64,000 nt of DNA, from assembly GCF_009914755.1 (NCBI RefSeq), contig NC_060930.1; one strand, given 5' to 3'. The first letter of the stretch is position 1. Each line of letters begins with the position of its first letter. Source of the DNA: the human T2T-CHM13v2.0 reference genome, Homo sapiens. The notes under the pieces were generated by a model. The model searched no databases. It saw nothing but the letters and a program-made list of their open reading frames with translations, and was not told the DNA's origin. The position numbers and the translations under genes were made by a program. Of the stretch, positions 1 to 14,332 are shown piece by piece.

Positions 1-2725
1 CTCTACCATTCTGGCATCTTTGCTGCCACTGGATCTGGCTTCACAGGGTCTGGGATACTGCCTAGTCCTACTGTCCCAGGGTCCAGAGTCACCACTGCCT
101 GATGCCTCATCCCCAGGGCCTGAGTTGCCACTGTGCCCTATTGGCTCTGGTTCCAAAATTGTAGCTGTACCCTGCCTCAGAGTCACAGGCCCCGGCTTTG
201 TGGGCAGTCTGCACCTAACCATGACTCAAGAGAGAGAAACTGTACCTTAAGACCCAGGTGCCCTAATAGGTTCATGAGACCCTGAGCCCAGGGCCCTGGT
301 GCAACAGTCACTTTGAGCATCTGTGCCCCAGAACCCAGGGCCACTGCAGCTGCTTGTAGGTTGTGTCAGACCTGACACCAAGAAAGATCCACTCAACTAA
401 GAATCCCCGCTGTGAGGAAAACAAGAACAAGAGGCCACCCAAAGCACTTGTAACTGAAGACCTTAACAGCCTATGCTACTATCACTGCTTACTACAAACT
501 CCTACAGCCTAAGCCACCAAGGCACCCACAGTTATCATTGATGTTGATTGCAGCTAAAGCAGCTGCATGGAGGCTATACCACTGCATCTACTTAAAAACA
601 AAGTCACCATACCCTTCTCAGCTGGCACACTAAGACCCATGTTCTGGTGAAAGTCTTTTCCTGTGAAAAACACTTGGTAGAGTTTGGAAGAGGTGATTGC
701 TCCACCAGATGTGCAGACATCAACCCAGGGACATAAGAACCATGAAAAAGCAAAGAATATGACATTACCAAAAGAACACAGTAATTCTCTAGTAACTGAC
801 CCTCAGCAAAGGAAATTTACAAATTGCCTAAACAGGATTTCAAAATAATAATCTTAAGAAAATTTAGTGAGATACAAGAGAATACAGATAGACAATTCAA
901 GACAATCAGAAAAAATCATGATCTGAATGAGAAATTCAACGAAGAGATAGATATTATTAAAAAAGAACCAAACAGAAATCTTGAAGCTGAAGAATTCAAT
1001 GAATAAAATAAAAAATACAATAGAGAACTTTGACAGCAGGCTAGATCAAGCAGAAGAAAAAAAAATCTCTAAACTTGAATATAGGTTTCTTGAAATTACC
1101 CTGTCAGAGAAAGAGAAAAAAAAGAATGAAAAAGAATGAGAACAGCCTAGAGGGCATATGGGCCATCACTAAGTGAACAAACATTTGCAGTATGTTTATT
1201 TCAGAAGGTGAAGAGGCAAAGATAGGAGTGGAAAGTTTATTTAATAAAAAAATTGCTGAAAAACCTCCAAGTTTTGGAAAACGTATTATCATTCAGATCC
1301 ATGAAGCTTAAAAATCTCTAAACAAATTATATCCAAGTAGGTTCTCTTCAAGACACAATATAATTAAACTGTCCAAATTAAATAACTATTAAAAGAGAAT
1401 TTTAAAAGCAGTGCTAGAAAAGCAAAAGGTCACATATTTAAAAAATCACCATTAGACTATCAACAGATTTCTCAGTAGAAACCTTGCAGGCCAGAAGAGA
1501 ATGGGATGATATATTCAAAGTGCTGAAAGAAAACAACTGGCAGCCAAGAACATGATACCCAGCAAAACTGTCCTTCAGAAAGGAAGAGAAATAAAGCCTT
1601 TCCCAGACAAGCAAAAGTTGAGAGAATTCATCAGCACTAGAAAAGAAATGCTCAAGGGAGCTCTTCAAGTGGAGATAAAAGACGGTAATTACTAACGTGA
1701 AAATGTATGAACACATATAATTCACCGTAAAAGTAAATATATCATCAAACCCAGAACATTACAATAATGTTATGGTGCTTGTAAATTATATATATCTCTG
1801 GTATGAAGGTTAAAAGAAGTCAAACAGTTGAAAATAATGGTAACTATAATAAGTTGTTAAGAAGTACATAATATAAAAAGATGTACATTGTGACATAAAA
1901 ATATAAATCATGTGTGTTGGAGGGGGGGAGGAGAATAAAAGCCTATTGTATGCAACTGAAGTTATGTTGTTATCAGTATAATATAGTCTATTATAACTAT
2001 AACATATTCTATGTAAGCTTCAGGGTAACTACAAAGTAAAAAGCAATGGCAGATACATAAAAGATAAAGACAAAGGAATAAAAATGTAGCACTACTAAAA
2101 TCACCAAATTACAAAGATAAACAAGAGAAGAAGAAAAAAACAAAGGATCTATAAAATACCCAGAAAACAATAAACAAGAAGCAGTAGTTAGTCCTTACAT
2201 ACTAATAAGTACTTTAACTATAAATGAATTCAATTCTCCAATCAAATGACATGGAGTGGCTGAATGGATTAAAAAAACAAGATCTAATTATATGGTGCCT
2301 ACAAGAGACCCATTTGAGTCTTAAAAACACATGTAGGCTGAAAGAGAAGGGATGAAAGAAGACACTTCATGCAAATAGCAACCAAAAGAGAGCAGGAGTG
2401 GCTATACTTAGTAGATAAAATAGACTTCAAGTCAAAAACTGTTACAAGAAACAAAGAAGGTCATTATTTAATGATAAAATGCTCAATTCATGAAGAAAAC
2501 ATAATCATTTTAAATATATGTACCCAATATTGGTGCACCTAAATACATAAAGCAAATGTTAATGAACATAAAGAGGGAAATAGATAACAATAGTAGAGAG
2601 AAATAGACAGTAACAGTAGGGGACGCCATTACTTTACATTTAACAATGAACAGATCAACCAGACAAAAAATTGATAAGTAAATGCTAGAATTGAACTGCA
2701 CTTTAAACAAAATGGACATAACAGA

Positions 2726-2790
2726 TATATACATACACACACATATATATACATATATATGTATGTGTGTGTGTATATATATATATATAA
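2726..2790. repeat. (TA)n/(CA)n/(TG)n compound microsatellite inside L1
   Basis: atatatacatacacacacatatatat...gtgtgtgtgtatatatatat. Confidence 0.9.
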
Positions 2791-5700
2791 AATATAAAAT
2801 GTTCCATCCAACAGCAGCAAATACACATTCTTCCTTAGTGCATATAGAACATTCTCTAGGATAGACCATATGGTAGACCACAAAACAAGTGTTAATAAAT
2901 TTGAGAAGATGAAAATCACATCAAATATTGTTTCCAAACACAATGGTATGAAACTAGAAATCAATAACAGGAAGAATTTTGAAAAATTTACAAATACATG
3001 GAAATTAAACCATTTGTTCCTGAACAACCAATGAGTCAAAGGGGAAATTTTTAAAAATCTTGAGATAAATGACAATGGAAACATAACATACTAAAACCTG
3101 TGGATTGCAGCCAAAGCAGTTCTAGGAGGGCAGAAGATTACAGCAAAAAGTACCTGTGTTAAAAAGTAAGAAAAATCCCAAATAAGCAGCTTAACATTGT
3201 GCCTCAAGGAACTAGAAAAAAGAACAAACTAAAACCAAATTTAGCAGAAAGAAGGAAATAATAAAGATGAGAATAGAGATAAATAAAATAGAGAATAGAA
3301 AAGTGGTTAAAATTTTTTTGAAAAAAAAATTTCACAAACCCATAGGCAGACTCACTAAGAAAAAAAGAAATAAGACAAATATGTAAAGTCAGAAATGAAA
3401 GTGGAAACATTACAACAGATGCCTCAGAAATAAAAAGGATCATAAGGGACTATTGTGATCAATTATATGCCAGCAAATTTGATAACCTGTAGGAAATGAA
3501 TACATTCTTAGACAAATACAACCTACCAAGGTTGAATCAGGAAGAAATAGAAAGCCTGAATATAATAATAAACAAAGAGATTAAGGTAGTTATTAAAAAC
3601 ATCCCAACAAAGCAAACCCAGGACCAGTTGACGGCTTTAAAGCTGAATTCTACCAAACTCTCAAAGAAGAATGAACCCCAATATTTCTTAAGCTCTTCCG
3701 AAAACAGAGCTGGAAGGAGTACTTCCTAACACATTTTATGAAGCCAACATCATCTCGATACCTAAGCCAGGCAAAGATACCACACAAAAAGAAAAGTAAA
3801 GGCCAGTAGCACGGATGCACATTGATGCAAAAATCCTTAATAAAATATTAGCAAATCAAATTTAACAACAGACCAAACATATTATACCTCATGATCAAGT
3901 GAGACTTATCCCTGGCATGGAAGGCTAGTTTAGCATATGCAAGTCAATCAGTGCAAGTCAATCAGTGTGATACATAACATTAACAGGTAGAAAGACACAA
4001 TCCACATGATCATATCAATAGATGCAGGGAAAGCATTCAACAAAGTTCAACATCTTTTTTTGATAAAAACTCTTAACAGTTTAGGTATAAGAAATTTCCT
4101 CAACATAATAAAGGCCATTTATGAAAAACCCACAGCTAGTATCATAATCAATGTGAAGAAACTCAAAGCTTTTTTTCTAAGATCTGGTACAAGGCAAGGA
4201 TGCCCACTCTAACTTTTGTTCCACATAGTACTGAAAGTACTCTCAAGAAATAAAAGGTATCCAATCCAGAAAGAAAGAAGTAAAATTATCTCTATTTGCA
4301 GATGGCATGATCTTGTAAGTAGAAAACCCCAAAGACTCCACCAAAAAACTATTAGATCTAATACATGAACTCAGTGAAGCTGCAGGATACAAAGTCAACA
4401 TGCGAAAATCCATGGCATTTCTATCCACAAATAGTGACCCAGCTGAAAAAGAAATCAAGAAAATAATCCCATTTATGATAGTATCAAAAAAATGCTTAGG
4501 AACAAAGTTAACCAAGGTGGTAAAATACCTCTACATTGAAAATGATAAAACATTAATGAATGCAATTGGAGAGGACACAAATAAATGGAAAGATAGTCCA
4601 TGCACATGGATGAGAAGAATGAATATTGTTAAAAATGTCCATACTATCTAAAGCAATATATAGATGCAATGCAATCTTGATCAAAGTCTCAATGTCATTC
4701 TTCACAGAAATAGACAAATCCTAAAATTTGTGTAAAATCACAAAAGATCCTAAATAGCCAGAACAATCCTGAGAGGAAAAACTAAGTTGGAGATATCACA
4801 CTTTTTGATTTAAAATTATGTTACAAAGCTATAGTAATCAAAATAAAATGCTACTGGGAAAAAATGGACACATAGACCAGTGGAACAGAGTAGGAAGCCC
4901 ATAAACAAATCCAAACATATATGGTCAACTAATTTTTGACAAGGACATGAAAAAGGAACAATTGAGGAAAGGACAGCCTCTTCAATAAGTGGTGCTATGA
5001 AAACTGGATTTCCATATGCAAAAGAATAAAATTGGACTCTTACCCCATACACAAAACAACTCAGAATGGATAAAAGGCCTAAACAGTAGACCTTAAAGCA
5101 AAAAACTCTTAGGAAAAAAACTTAGAGGAAAAACTCCTTTACAGTGGCCTTGGCAATGATTTCTTTTGTGTTTTGGATATCAAGTCAAAAGCTCAGGCTA
5201 CGACAGCAAAAATAAATAAATGGGTCTACATTAAACTAAAAAGCTCCTGCACAATAAATGAGACAACAGAATGAAAAGACAACCTACAGATTGTGAAAAA
5301 AAAATTGCACACTTTATATCAAATAAGGAGTTGATATTGAAGATTTATAAAGAACTCATACAAATCAATAACAAGAAAACATATAACCCAGTAAAAAATG
5401 GACAAATGACTTGAATAGACATTTATCTAAAATGACATAAGAATGGACAGCAGATACATTGGAAGTATTAGTTGAAAAGGTGTCCAACATTACTAATTAT
5501 CAGAGAAATGAAATTAAAACCACTATGAGATACCACCTCTCACCTGTTAGGATAGCTGTTATCAAAAGATAAAAGATAACAATATTAATGAGAGGGAAAA
5601 AGGAAGCCTTGTGCATGTGGGAATGGAGATTGATGCAGCCATTATGCAAAATAATACAGAGGCTCCTAAAGAAATTAAAAATAGAACTACTATATGCAGT

Positions 5701-6235
5701 TAATCTTCTGGGTATATACCCAAAGGAAATAAAGTCATTACCTCGTGAAGATATCTGTATTCCTATGTTAACTGCAGCATTATTGACAATAGCCAAGATA
5801 TGGAAACAAACTAGATGTCCTTCAATGGATAAACTATGATATGTACATACAATGGAATATTATTCAGCCTTTAAAAAGAGGAAAATGAGGAAATCTTGCT
5901 ATTTTCCACAACATGGATTGACCTGGAGGACATTATACTAGGAGAAATAAGCCAGAGACAAAAAGAAAAATATTGTATAATTTCACTTATATGTGGTATT
6001 CTTCCCAAAAGATCAAATATATAGAGAGAATGAAACAGGGTTACCAGTGCTGGAGTCTGGGAGGGGAGAATGGGGAGATCTAGGTAAAAGGTTACAAAGT
6101 AGCAAATATATAGAATAAACAAGTCAAAAAATGTGTTGTACAGCAACATGTGGATTAAAATTAATAATAGTGTTATATACAGGATTTTTTCTAAACTAAG
6201 TATATTATAGCTGTTTGCCACAAGGAGAAACATGG

Positions 6236-6682
6236 TATATTAGCTCATTTTGCATTGCTGTAAAGGAATACCTGAGATTAGGTAATTTATAAAGAAAAGA
6301 GATTGATTTGGCTCACCGTTCTACAAACCGTACAAGAGGCTCATGGTTCCACAAACCGTGCAGCTTCTGCTTCTGGTGAAGACTTCAGGAAGCTTTCAAT
6401 CATGGTGGAAGGTGAAGGGAAGCAGGTGTGTCGCATGGTGAAGGGAAGCAGGTGTGTTGCATGATGAAGGTGGGAGCGAGGGCAAGGGGTGAGGTCCCAG
6501 GATGTTTAAGAACCAGCTTTCATGTGAACAAACAGAGCAAGAACCCATTCATTACTGCAAAGAGGGCAGCAAGCCATTCATGAAACATCCACCCCCAGGA
6601 CTCAAACACCTCCCACCAAGCCTCACCTCCAGCACTGGGGATCACATTTCAACATGAGGTTTGGAGGGGACAAACTATATCA
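6236..6682 (-). mobile_element. MaLR solo LTR (MST-type) inserted in the L1 3' UTR
   Basis: MST-like ends (tatattagc... / ...aactatatca); near-identical 5-bp TSD catgg/aatgg. Confidence 0.8.
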
Positions 6683-6881
6683 AATGGTAACTGAGAAGAT
6701 TAATAAATTATTCCACTATAGTAACCATTTTACTACACACATGCATCTTATAACATCACGTTTTATACCTTAAATATACACAATACAATTTTTTTTTAAA
6801 AAAGCTAGTTAGATATGGAATTTACCAATGAGTGAATGTTTTCCAGTAATTGTGTAGACTTCAGAGCTCTTTCTGGCGAGT

Positions 6882-7390
<509 letters not shown>

Positions 7391-8214
7391 TTATCAGGCC
7401 TCCCTGTCCCATGCTCTCTTAATACTCACCCTTCAACATACTGACATTAAAGGGGAAGAAGAGTCCCAGAGTTCAACAGGGCAAAACTGACATTTGAAAA
7501 AGGAATTTTAATTAAGAGACTAAAGGGAAATCTCTATGTACAAAGGCTGAGAGGAAGTTCTAAAGGGTCTGATAGAAAGAGAATAAGCTGTGGAATTAGA
7601 CAGATATGGTTTCCAGACCTTGGCAAATCACTTAACCCATCAGAGGCTCACCTGTAAAGTAGAAACAATCATGACTTGTAGGCAGTATGAAGAAAGAGAA
7701 AACAGAGTATGTGCAAGTGTCACCTTGGGCAGGCCAAGGCCTAAACCTGATGAGAAATATGCCTGAGGAAACTACCGTCACTGTATCCTCTCTCACAGCC
7801 AGTTTGCAGGATTGCGGTGAGACTGTTTGTCACCATTTGCTTGCTCCTGTGAGCAGGCAGACCTTTGGCGAGATCCCTCAAAAGATGGGTGAGGGAGAAC
7901 CCAGGGGCTGCAAATCCCTGTGAGGATGGCAAAGAGGGCCTCTCACCTGCCAGAGCATTATTCCAAGCAACCGGCAGTAGCCACAGCCCTGTCTTCACAG
8001 GGGAAGGTAGGGACTGGGGGTGCTTAATCCTCACTAGGAGCTGTGTGTTCCCTATTGAACCATTTCTCCAGATTTCTGTATTGCATCTTGTGTGTCCATT
8101 AGAATCTTTCCTTCGGTCTCATTGGCACATGAGAAGTTAGCTCTCTTCTGTTGCCCCTTCCCTCAAACAACTTTGATCTAACCCCAGGTAAAATAGGCTC
8201 ATCTGCCTATAGGG

Positions 8215-8752
8215 TGTATTAGTCAGGGTTTCCTGAGGGACAGGACTAATAGGATAGATGTATATATGAAAGGGAGTTTATTAAGGAGTATTGACTCACA
8301 CAATCACAAAGTGAAGTCCCACAATAGGCCGTGTGCAAACTGAGGAGCAGGGAAGCCAGTCCGAGTCTCAAAACCTCGAAAGTGACAGTGCAGCCTTCAG
8401 TCTGTGGCTGAAGGCCTGAGAACCCCTGGTAAGCCACTGATGTAAGTGCAGGAGTCCAAAAGCTGAAGAACTTGGAGTCTGATATTCGAGGACAGGAAGC
8501 ATCCAGCAAGGGAGAAGGGTGGAGGCCAGAAGACTCGGCAGGTCTGTTCTTTCCATCTTCTTCTACCTGCTTTACTCTAGCTGCGCTGGCAGCTGCTCAG
8601 ATGGTGCCCACTGAGATAGAGGGTGGGTCTGCCTCTCCCAGTCACTGACTCAAATATTAATCTCTATTGGCAACATCCTCATAGACACATTCAGGAATAA
8701 TACTTTGCATCCTTCAATCCAATCAAGTTGACACTTAATATTAACAATCACA
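8215..8752 (-). mobile_element. ERVL solo LTR (MLT2A-type)
   Basis: tgtattagtcagggtt...aacaatcaca; perfect 5-bp TSD TAGGG (8210-8214, 8753-8757). Confidence 0.85.
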
Positions 8753-9179
8753 TAGGGCATCCTGGTTTTTCATGGTTTTATCTACTTGCCGCAACATTTT
8801 AGAGAAGACTCTAAAATTCTTTTTTGTCAATGTGAGTCTTTTTTCCATACCCAATTTTACTCCCTCTCTCCTTTTGAAGAAATTCTGGGACAGGACTTCT
8901 GGACTTGACCACCAGCCAGGGAGAAGAAACAATACCTAGGAAGTGACACTCAGTTGGAGGAAGAATGATGATTATAGAATAACTCTCTGCTGTGGCACCA
9001 GGACTGCACGAGATCTGGTCTCTGCACATCTTGGTGTCTGCATCCTGGTAAAAAATGGCCCCCTTTCCCACACCTACCCATGGAGGAAGATGAGGCAGCA
9101 AGTTGTAAGAAATTACCAGAAAAGCCTCACTCCTGATCTCCTGACCCACCCCCTCATGCTCTCAGTGCTTCTACTCTTG

Positions 9180-10030
9180 CTTCATTAATTTATCCAACAA
9201 ATACTAATTGTCGGCTAGGTACCAAGTTCTGTTATAGATAATGAAGATATGGCTGTGGAAAAAGAACCAGAAACCTGCCTTTACATTCTAGTGGAAGAGG
9301 AGGAAGATAAACAATAAACAAGGTCAACAAGTAACTACAGCATGTCAGGTGATTTAAGTGCTGGGAAGGAAACTGAGTGGTATAGATCATTGCAGAGGGT
9401 AGGTTGCAATTTTAAATGGAATAGTGAAGTTAGCCTCACTGATAAGGCAGTCTTCCAGCAAAGATCTGACAGAGGTGAGGAAGTGAATCTATGGAAACCT
9501 GGGGGTACAGCCTTCCAGCAAATAACAGGTGCAAAGGCCCAGAAGCCTAGGGCATTTGTATTTGAGGGCAAGCAAGGGGTCTGTGTGCTGGAGAAGAGTG
9601 AGGAAGGTGAGAATTAGGGAGTGAGGCCTGGGAGATTATGAGGAAAGGAAACAGATCATACAGCGCCTTGGAGGCCATTATAAAGACTTTGGTTTTTACC
9701 CTTATGAGATGGGAAGCTATTGGCGGTTTTAGAGCAGGAAAGTGACATGATCTGATTTATGTTCCAAGGCTCATGCTGGCCACCTTGTTAAGACAAAACT
9801 GGAGGGAGGCAAGCAGAGCGGGGACACCAATGAGGTAACCATAGTGACCATCCAGAGGAGAAATGATGGTGGCCTGGAATAGGTAGTTCTGAGAAGTGTT
9901 GTATTTTGGAGGTAGATCAATAGAATTTATTGGTGCATTGAATATATATGATGTGAAAGAAAGCGGGGAGACAAAGATAACCTCAACGCTTTTGGCCTGA
10001 GCAGCTGTAAGACTGGGATTGCATTTGATC
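9180..10030 (-). mobile_element. L2 LINE remnant
   Basis: ttcattaatttatccaacaaatact start, with typical L2 3' motifs (gttttagagcaggaaagtgacatgatctgattt). Confidence 0.7.
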
Positions 10031-10179
10031 ACAGGGCAAGCTCAGTCGGGCTCAAAACTGTTTGCTCCTTCCTGGCTGGAACTTCGTGTGGGCCTAAGAT
10101 GTTTAACTGGAATTTCATCTGGCAGACTTAAACATTGTATTCTTCTTTTAAAAGCTCAAATAACAAATATTCCAAAATG

Positions 10180-11983
10180 TAAAGCAAAAAAAGGATTTAT
10201 TGAAATCATGTGACAATATATCCCTAACACCATGAAGAAGATGACAATTATGATTTCCATAGAGTATTTTGCACTTGCCTAAGCACAAAAGCAAAACCAG
10301 AGCAAGGCAAACAATATACAAACAAAACTTGATCCTATCTAATAACTTTCATGAAACAACCATAAATGAATTTTGTTTTATTAAGTCAGGCTTCAGGACT
10401 ACTGAATTGCATTCACTAAAATGCTATTTGAAATTTTACTTACTCGCCACCCACCCCACTACTCTTAATTCATCGCCCTCTCCACAAAAGGACAAAAGGC
10501 AAAAAAGGTAGTAAGCAAAATATAAATAATAAGAATTCAAAAACAGAGATCAAAGTAAATTTTTTTTTCAGTCTCTGCGTCTATGCTCAAATCAATGTTT
10601 TCTGAGCATACAGGGAAGCAAGGAAACCAATTCTCTAGCTCTTGCTCTGCCTCTTATTCTCCTCCACCCCCCAATACATTTCTGAATATTTTTTAATCCA
10701 TTTATCACTGAGTACTTGCATATAACTAGAAGCACCGACTATATTGTTATCAACTTTGGAGCAATTTTCATGGGGAATTGTACAAATGTTCTCTGATATG
10801 TATCTCCTCACTAGAAAGACAACCTTAAACATATATGAAGACTTAGCCTCAAGTGAAGAAGGCAGCTTTCTGTTGACCACACTGAGCCTTAGGTCACCAG
10901 ATTTCTACTCAGGAGAGGCAGTGAGCAGGAGGGGCCAGTTTGGAGGGCTTTGTCTAGCTCTATAGTCTCTGTAGGCACCTACCAACACCGGTCCTTCTCC
11001 TGCTACCCACTGTGTGCTTCCAGCTTCAAGCTGAGTTCTCTGTATGGGGTCGACCCCAGCAGTTCCCAATAAACCATCATTCATGGGATCCTCCTATATA
11101 GAGATGAGGAAGGCGCCACAAGCAAGACACTCTTGGCCAGAAGGATTGAGTAATGAGGTTTCCTTTCTTCTTTGTCACTAAAAAAATTACATTTAATTTT
11201 GAGAATAAAGATAAGTTCTTCTAAGACAGGATTAAAAACTAAACAAAACAAAAACAAACAGAAAAGAAAAGCTTAATATATCTTTTAAATGAGGGACAAT
11301 TGTACAGAGTAGACTTCCTTGTTGTTGATAGTTTTAATTCAGATATCAATCCAGAAATCATAAGATTTTTTTCCCCAAAACCTGTTCTTATTTACATAAA
11401 GTAGACTTTAAAACAAAATTTTGATTCATTAAGTAGAAATATTTAATAATAATAAATATATAAAAAGTATATTCATATAAAATAGAAATGTATGAAAAAT
11501 ATTCACCTTTATAGAAGTTTTAAATTGTCAAAGCAATGTCAATTTAATTGGCTCAATAAGAGAGTGAAAAACCATTGCTTCAGGACCGCCTCAGTCTGTA
11601 ATGCTATTTTAAAAAAATTATTTCAACATTTTCTTAAATACTATTCCTTGGTTGTTAAATTTTTATTTTGCTGTATTAGAAGAATGAAGGTTGTTATTAG
11701 GGATGTTACATTCAGAAATAAAGTTCTGAATTTCATAGAACACTTTATTCTCTGCCTCATCTTTACATTTCAATTTTTCGGGGGGAATGTCGTTCAAATA
11801 TAGTTTACAAATGAAATATAAAGGATAAAAGAATGGATAAACAAAGAAGTCCCCAAGGTGTAACAGTGAATATTGCTTTAAGAAAATACAAAAACAATTT
11901 TAAATAAGATCCTTCAAACACGAGTCATCCTGTTCTCAGGGAGCTTTAGAATTTCCACATTGCTGAATGCCAAATTCCACAAG
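10180..11983 (-). other. IL22RA2: IL22RA2 3' UTR (~1.8 kb)
   Basis: Follows the TGA at 11984-11986. AT-rich; AATAAA on the minus strand at 10196-10201, followed by a U/GU-rich downstream element. Confidence 0.75.
10196..10201 (-). terminator. IL22RA2: Distal poly(A) signal of IL22RA2
   Basis: tttatt on + = AATAAA on -; downstream TTTTTTGCTTTACATTTTGG. Confidence 0.7.
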
Positions 11984-12133
11984 TCATGGAATTTCCACAC
12001 ATCTCTCTTCACTTCTCTGACTTCTTCTGTCTAACATGGGCTGATATATTTCAGCCACTACACAGTAGCTGGAGTGTGGTGTTAGAGCTTCAATTTCAAC
12101 CGCTCTGTGAGCCCCTTCATAAACCTTTTGCTC
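11984..12133 (-). CDS. IL22RA2: IL22RA2 last coding exon (exon 7): EQKVYEGAHRAVEIEALTPHSSYCVVAEIYQPMLDRRSQRSEERCVEIP*
   Basis: Acceptor gtgtAG at 12135-12134; 150 nt, phase 0; TGA 11986-11984; completes 792 nt = 263 aa + stop. Confidence 0.97.
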   Translation of the reverse strand, partial: EQKVYEGAHRAVEIEALTPHSSYCVVAEIYQPMLDRRSQRSEERCVEIP

Positions 12134-12391
12134 CTACACACGAGAGAGAAAATAATCAGTTGGTAAATGGCTGCCATTAAGTCACAGCTGCATTTTTGTT
12201 TAAATTAACAAGTTGTACATGGTCACAGCAGTAGATGGGTTGTGGGGTTTCTTCCCAGACACATCCTTCTTTTCTAGAGTCCTAGGCCATAGCCTGGTAA
12301 AGGGACAAGGCAAGTGGCTGTGTAGGTGCAACTTGACTTCTCCTTGAGGGCTGTTGGCTGGTTGACCCCATGGTCAGAGTCTTGTTTTTAA

Positions 12392-12691
<300 letters not shown>

Positions 12692-13070
12692 TTCTTTTTA
12701 AGAATTTGAAGTGTGCAGTGAGAATGATGTGCAGCGAGATGAGCAGAGATAACTGCAGGCATGAAACTGTGGCCACATAGAGACAGAAAGTCTGAGAGAC
12801 AGAGCAGGATCCCTTAGAACTCACTTCCGTTTCCCTTCCCAGTCACCACTAAGGCTGCCGGCACTCTACGTCCTGCCTCTGTCCCTGAGATTGCTTGCCT
12901 ATCTCCTAATTATCCCTCCCCTCCTCTTTTGTTTCTAAACAAGTTAAACTGTGGTTTCTGCTCCTTACGACAAAAACCCCTCATCTTAGATGGCACCAAA
13001 AAAGGAACAAATTCAATTATCCACCAAATCCAGACAGAAGCACCGATGGTGGATTAGAATACCACTGCAA

Positions 13071-13365
13071 GGCCAGGCCTGGTGGCTCATGTTTGTAATG
13101 CCAGCAGTTTGGGAGGCCAAGGCAGGCAGATCAGTTGATCCCAGGAGTTTAAGACCAGCCCGGGCAACATGGCCAGAGCCTGTCCCTACTAAAAGTACAA
13201 AAAAACATAGCTGGGCATGGTGGCATGCACCTGTAGTCCCAGCTACTTGGGAGGCTGAGGTGGGAGGATCATTTGAGCCCAGGATGTTGAGGCTGCCGTG
13301 AGCTGTGATTGCACTGCTGCACCCCAGCCTGGGTGACAGAGTCAGACCCTGTCTCAAAAAAAAAA
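13071..13365 (+). mobile_element. Alu (AluJ-type)
   Basis: ggccaggcctggtggctc...gtctcaaaaaaaaaa. Confidence 0.95.
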
Positions 13366-13428
13366 TCGCAGCAAAACTGGCACAAAAATAATCATGTGAT
13401 TCAAAAGCTATTTTAAAATAAGGTGTGA

Positions 13429-13545
13429 GGCCGGGGAGGTGGCTTATGCCTGCAATCCCAGCACTTTGGGAGGCCAAGGCTGGAGGATTGGTTGAGGCCA
13501 GGAGTTTGAGACCAGCCTGGGCAACATAGTGAGACCTTGCCTCTA

Positions 13546-13579
<34 letters not shown>

Positions 13580-13735
13580 GGATGTGATGGGCATGCTTCT
13601 AGTCCCAGCTACTCAGGAGGCTGAAGAAGGAGGACCACTTAAGCCCAGAAGTTAGAGGCTACAGTGAGCTATGATCACCACTGTACTCCAGCCTGGGTGA
13701 CAGAGTGACACCTGGTCTAAAAATAAAATACATAA

Positions 13736-13773
<38 letters not shown>
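13429..13773 (+). mobile_element. Alu (AluJ-type) with expanded central A-tract and (TAAA)n tail
   Basis: Full dimer; TSD aaataaggtgtg. Confidence 0.95.
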
Positions 13774-13774
<1 letters not shown>

Positions 13775-14081
13775 GGTGTGCAAAGCCCGTAAAAATGAAT
13801 ATTTGTGGCAGTCACATGCAATTAAATACGGTTAATACCAATCTTTAGATATGCAGGGAAGACTGTAGAGACAAACCGGAGGATGGAAAGGGCACACACA
13901 CATTCTGATGGTGATGCCACCACCAACCGTTGATCAATGATGGCTGAGAGTAAGAAGAAATTAAAGATAAGGAAAAGTAAGAGGAGGCAGAGTAGCAGAA
14001 GAGGACATCTCATATGACCACAATATTGGTTAAATAAACAAAAGAAAAAAACTCTAAATATATCTATTCATCTGAACTTAC

Positions 14082-14251
14082 CTTTTCTAGTGAATTGTTA
14101 ATTATAAAAACTCGGTATAGTAGTTCATAGTAATCTTCTATAGATACATTTTTTTCCTTTTGGTATCTATATGGTAAATTTGGAGCATGGAGAATTACCA
14201 ACAAAGAGCCATTGACTTGGGTTATATTCATGACTGGAGGATCTATTTTTG
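14082..14251 (-). CDS. IL22RA2: IL22RA2 exon 6: (T)KIDPPVMNITQVNGSLLVILHAPNLPYRYQKEKNVSIEDYYELLYRVFIINNSLEK
   Basis: Acceptor ttcAG, donor AAG|GTAAGT; 170 nt; second FNIII domain; seen in ORF 14064..14327. Confidence 0.97.
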
Positions 14252-14332
14252 CTGAAGAAAAAACATAAAAATTTGACAAATCATCAAAGGAATGTATTAT
14301 ATACAGACGCATTATGTATAATGACAAATCAG

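Larger units (their letters stand above)
1..6805 (+). mobile_element. Old near-full-length LINE-1 (L1MA-type), inactive; interrupted by an MST LTR
   Basis: ORF1-like fragments at 742-1700 (MPKQDFKIIILRKFSEIQENTD). ORF2-like fragments: [22 protein letters not shown] (3496), [16 protein letters not shown]...SGTRQGCPL (4006), LFADGMI near 4292, C-terminal LLGIYPKE. L1M-type 3' UTR ends ~6805. Many stops and frameshifts. Confidence 0.9.

Noticed and set aside
13013-13594. 193-aa ORF and similar ORFs (25734, 20676, 46082, 60523)
   Set aside because: These are translations of Alu sequence, not genes.
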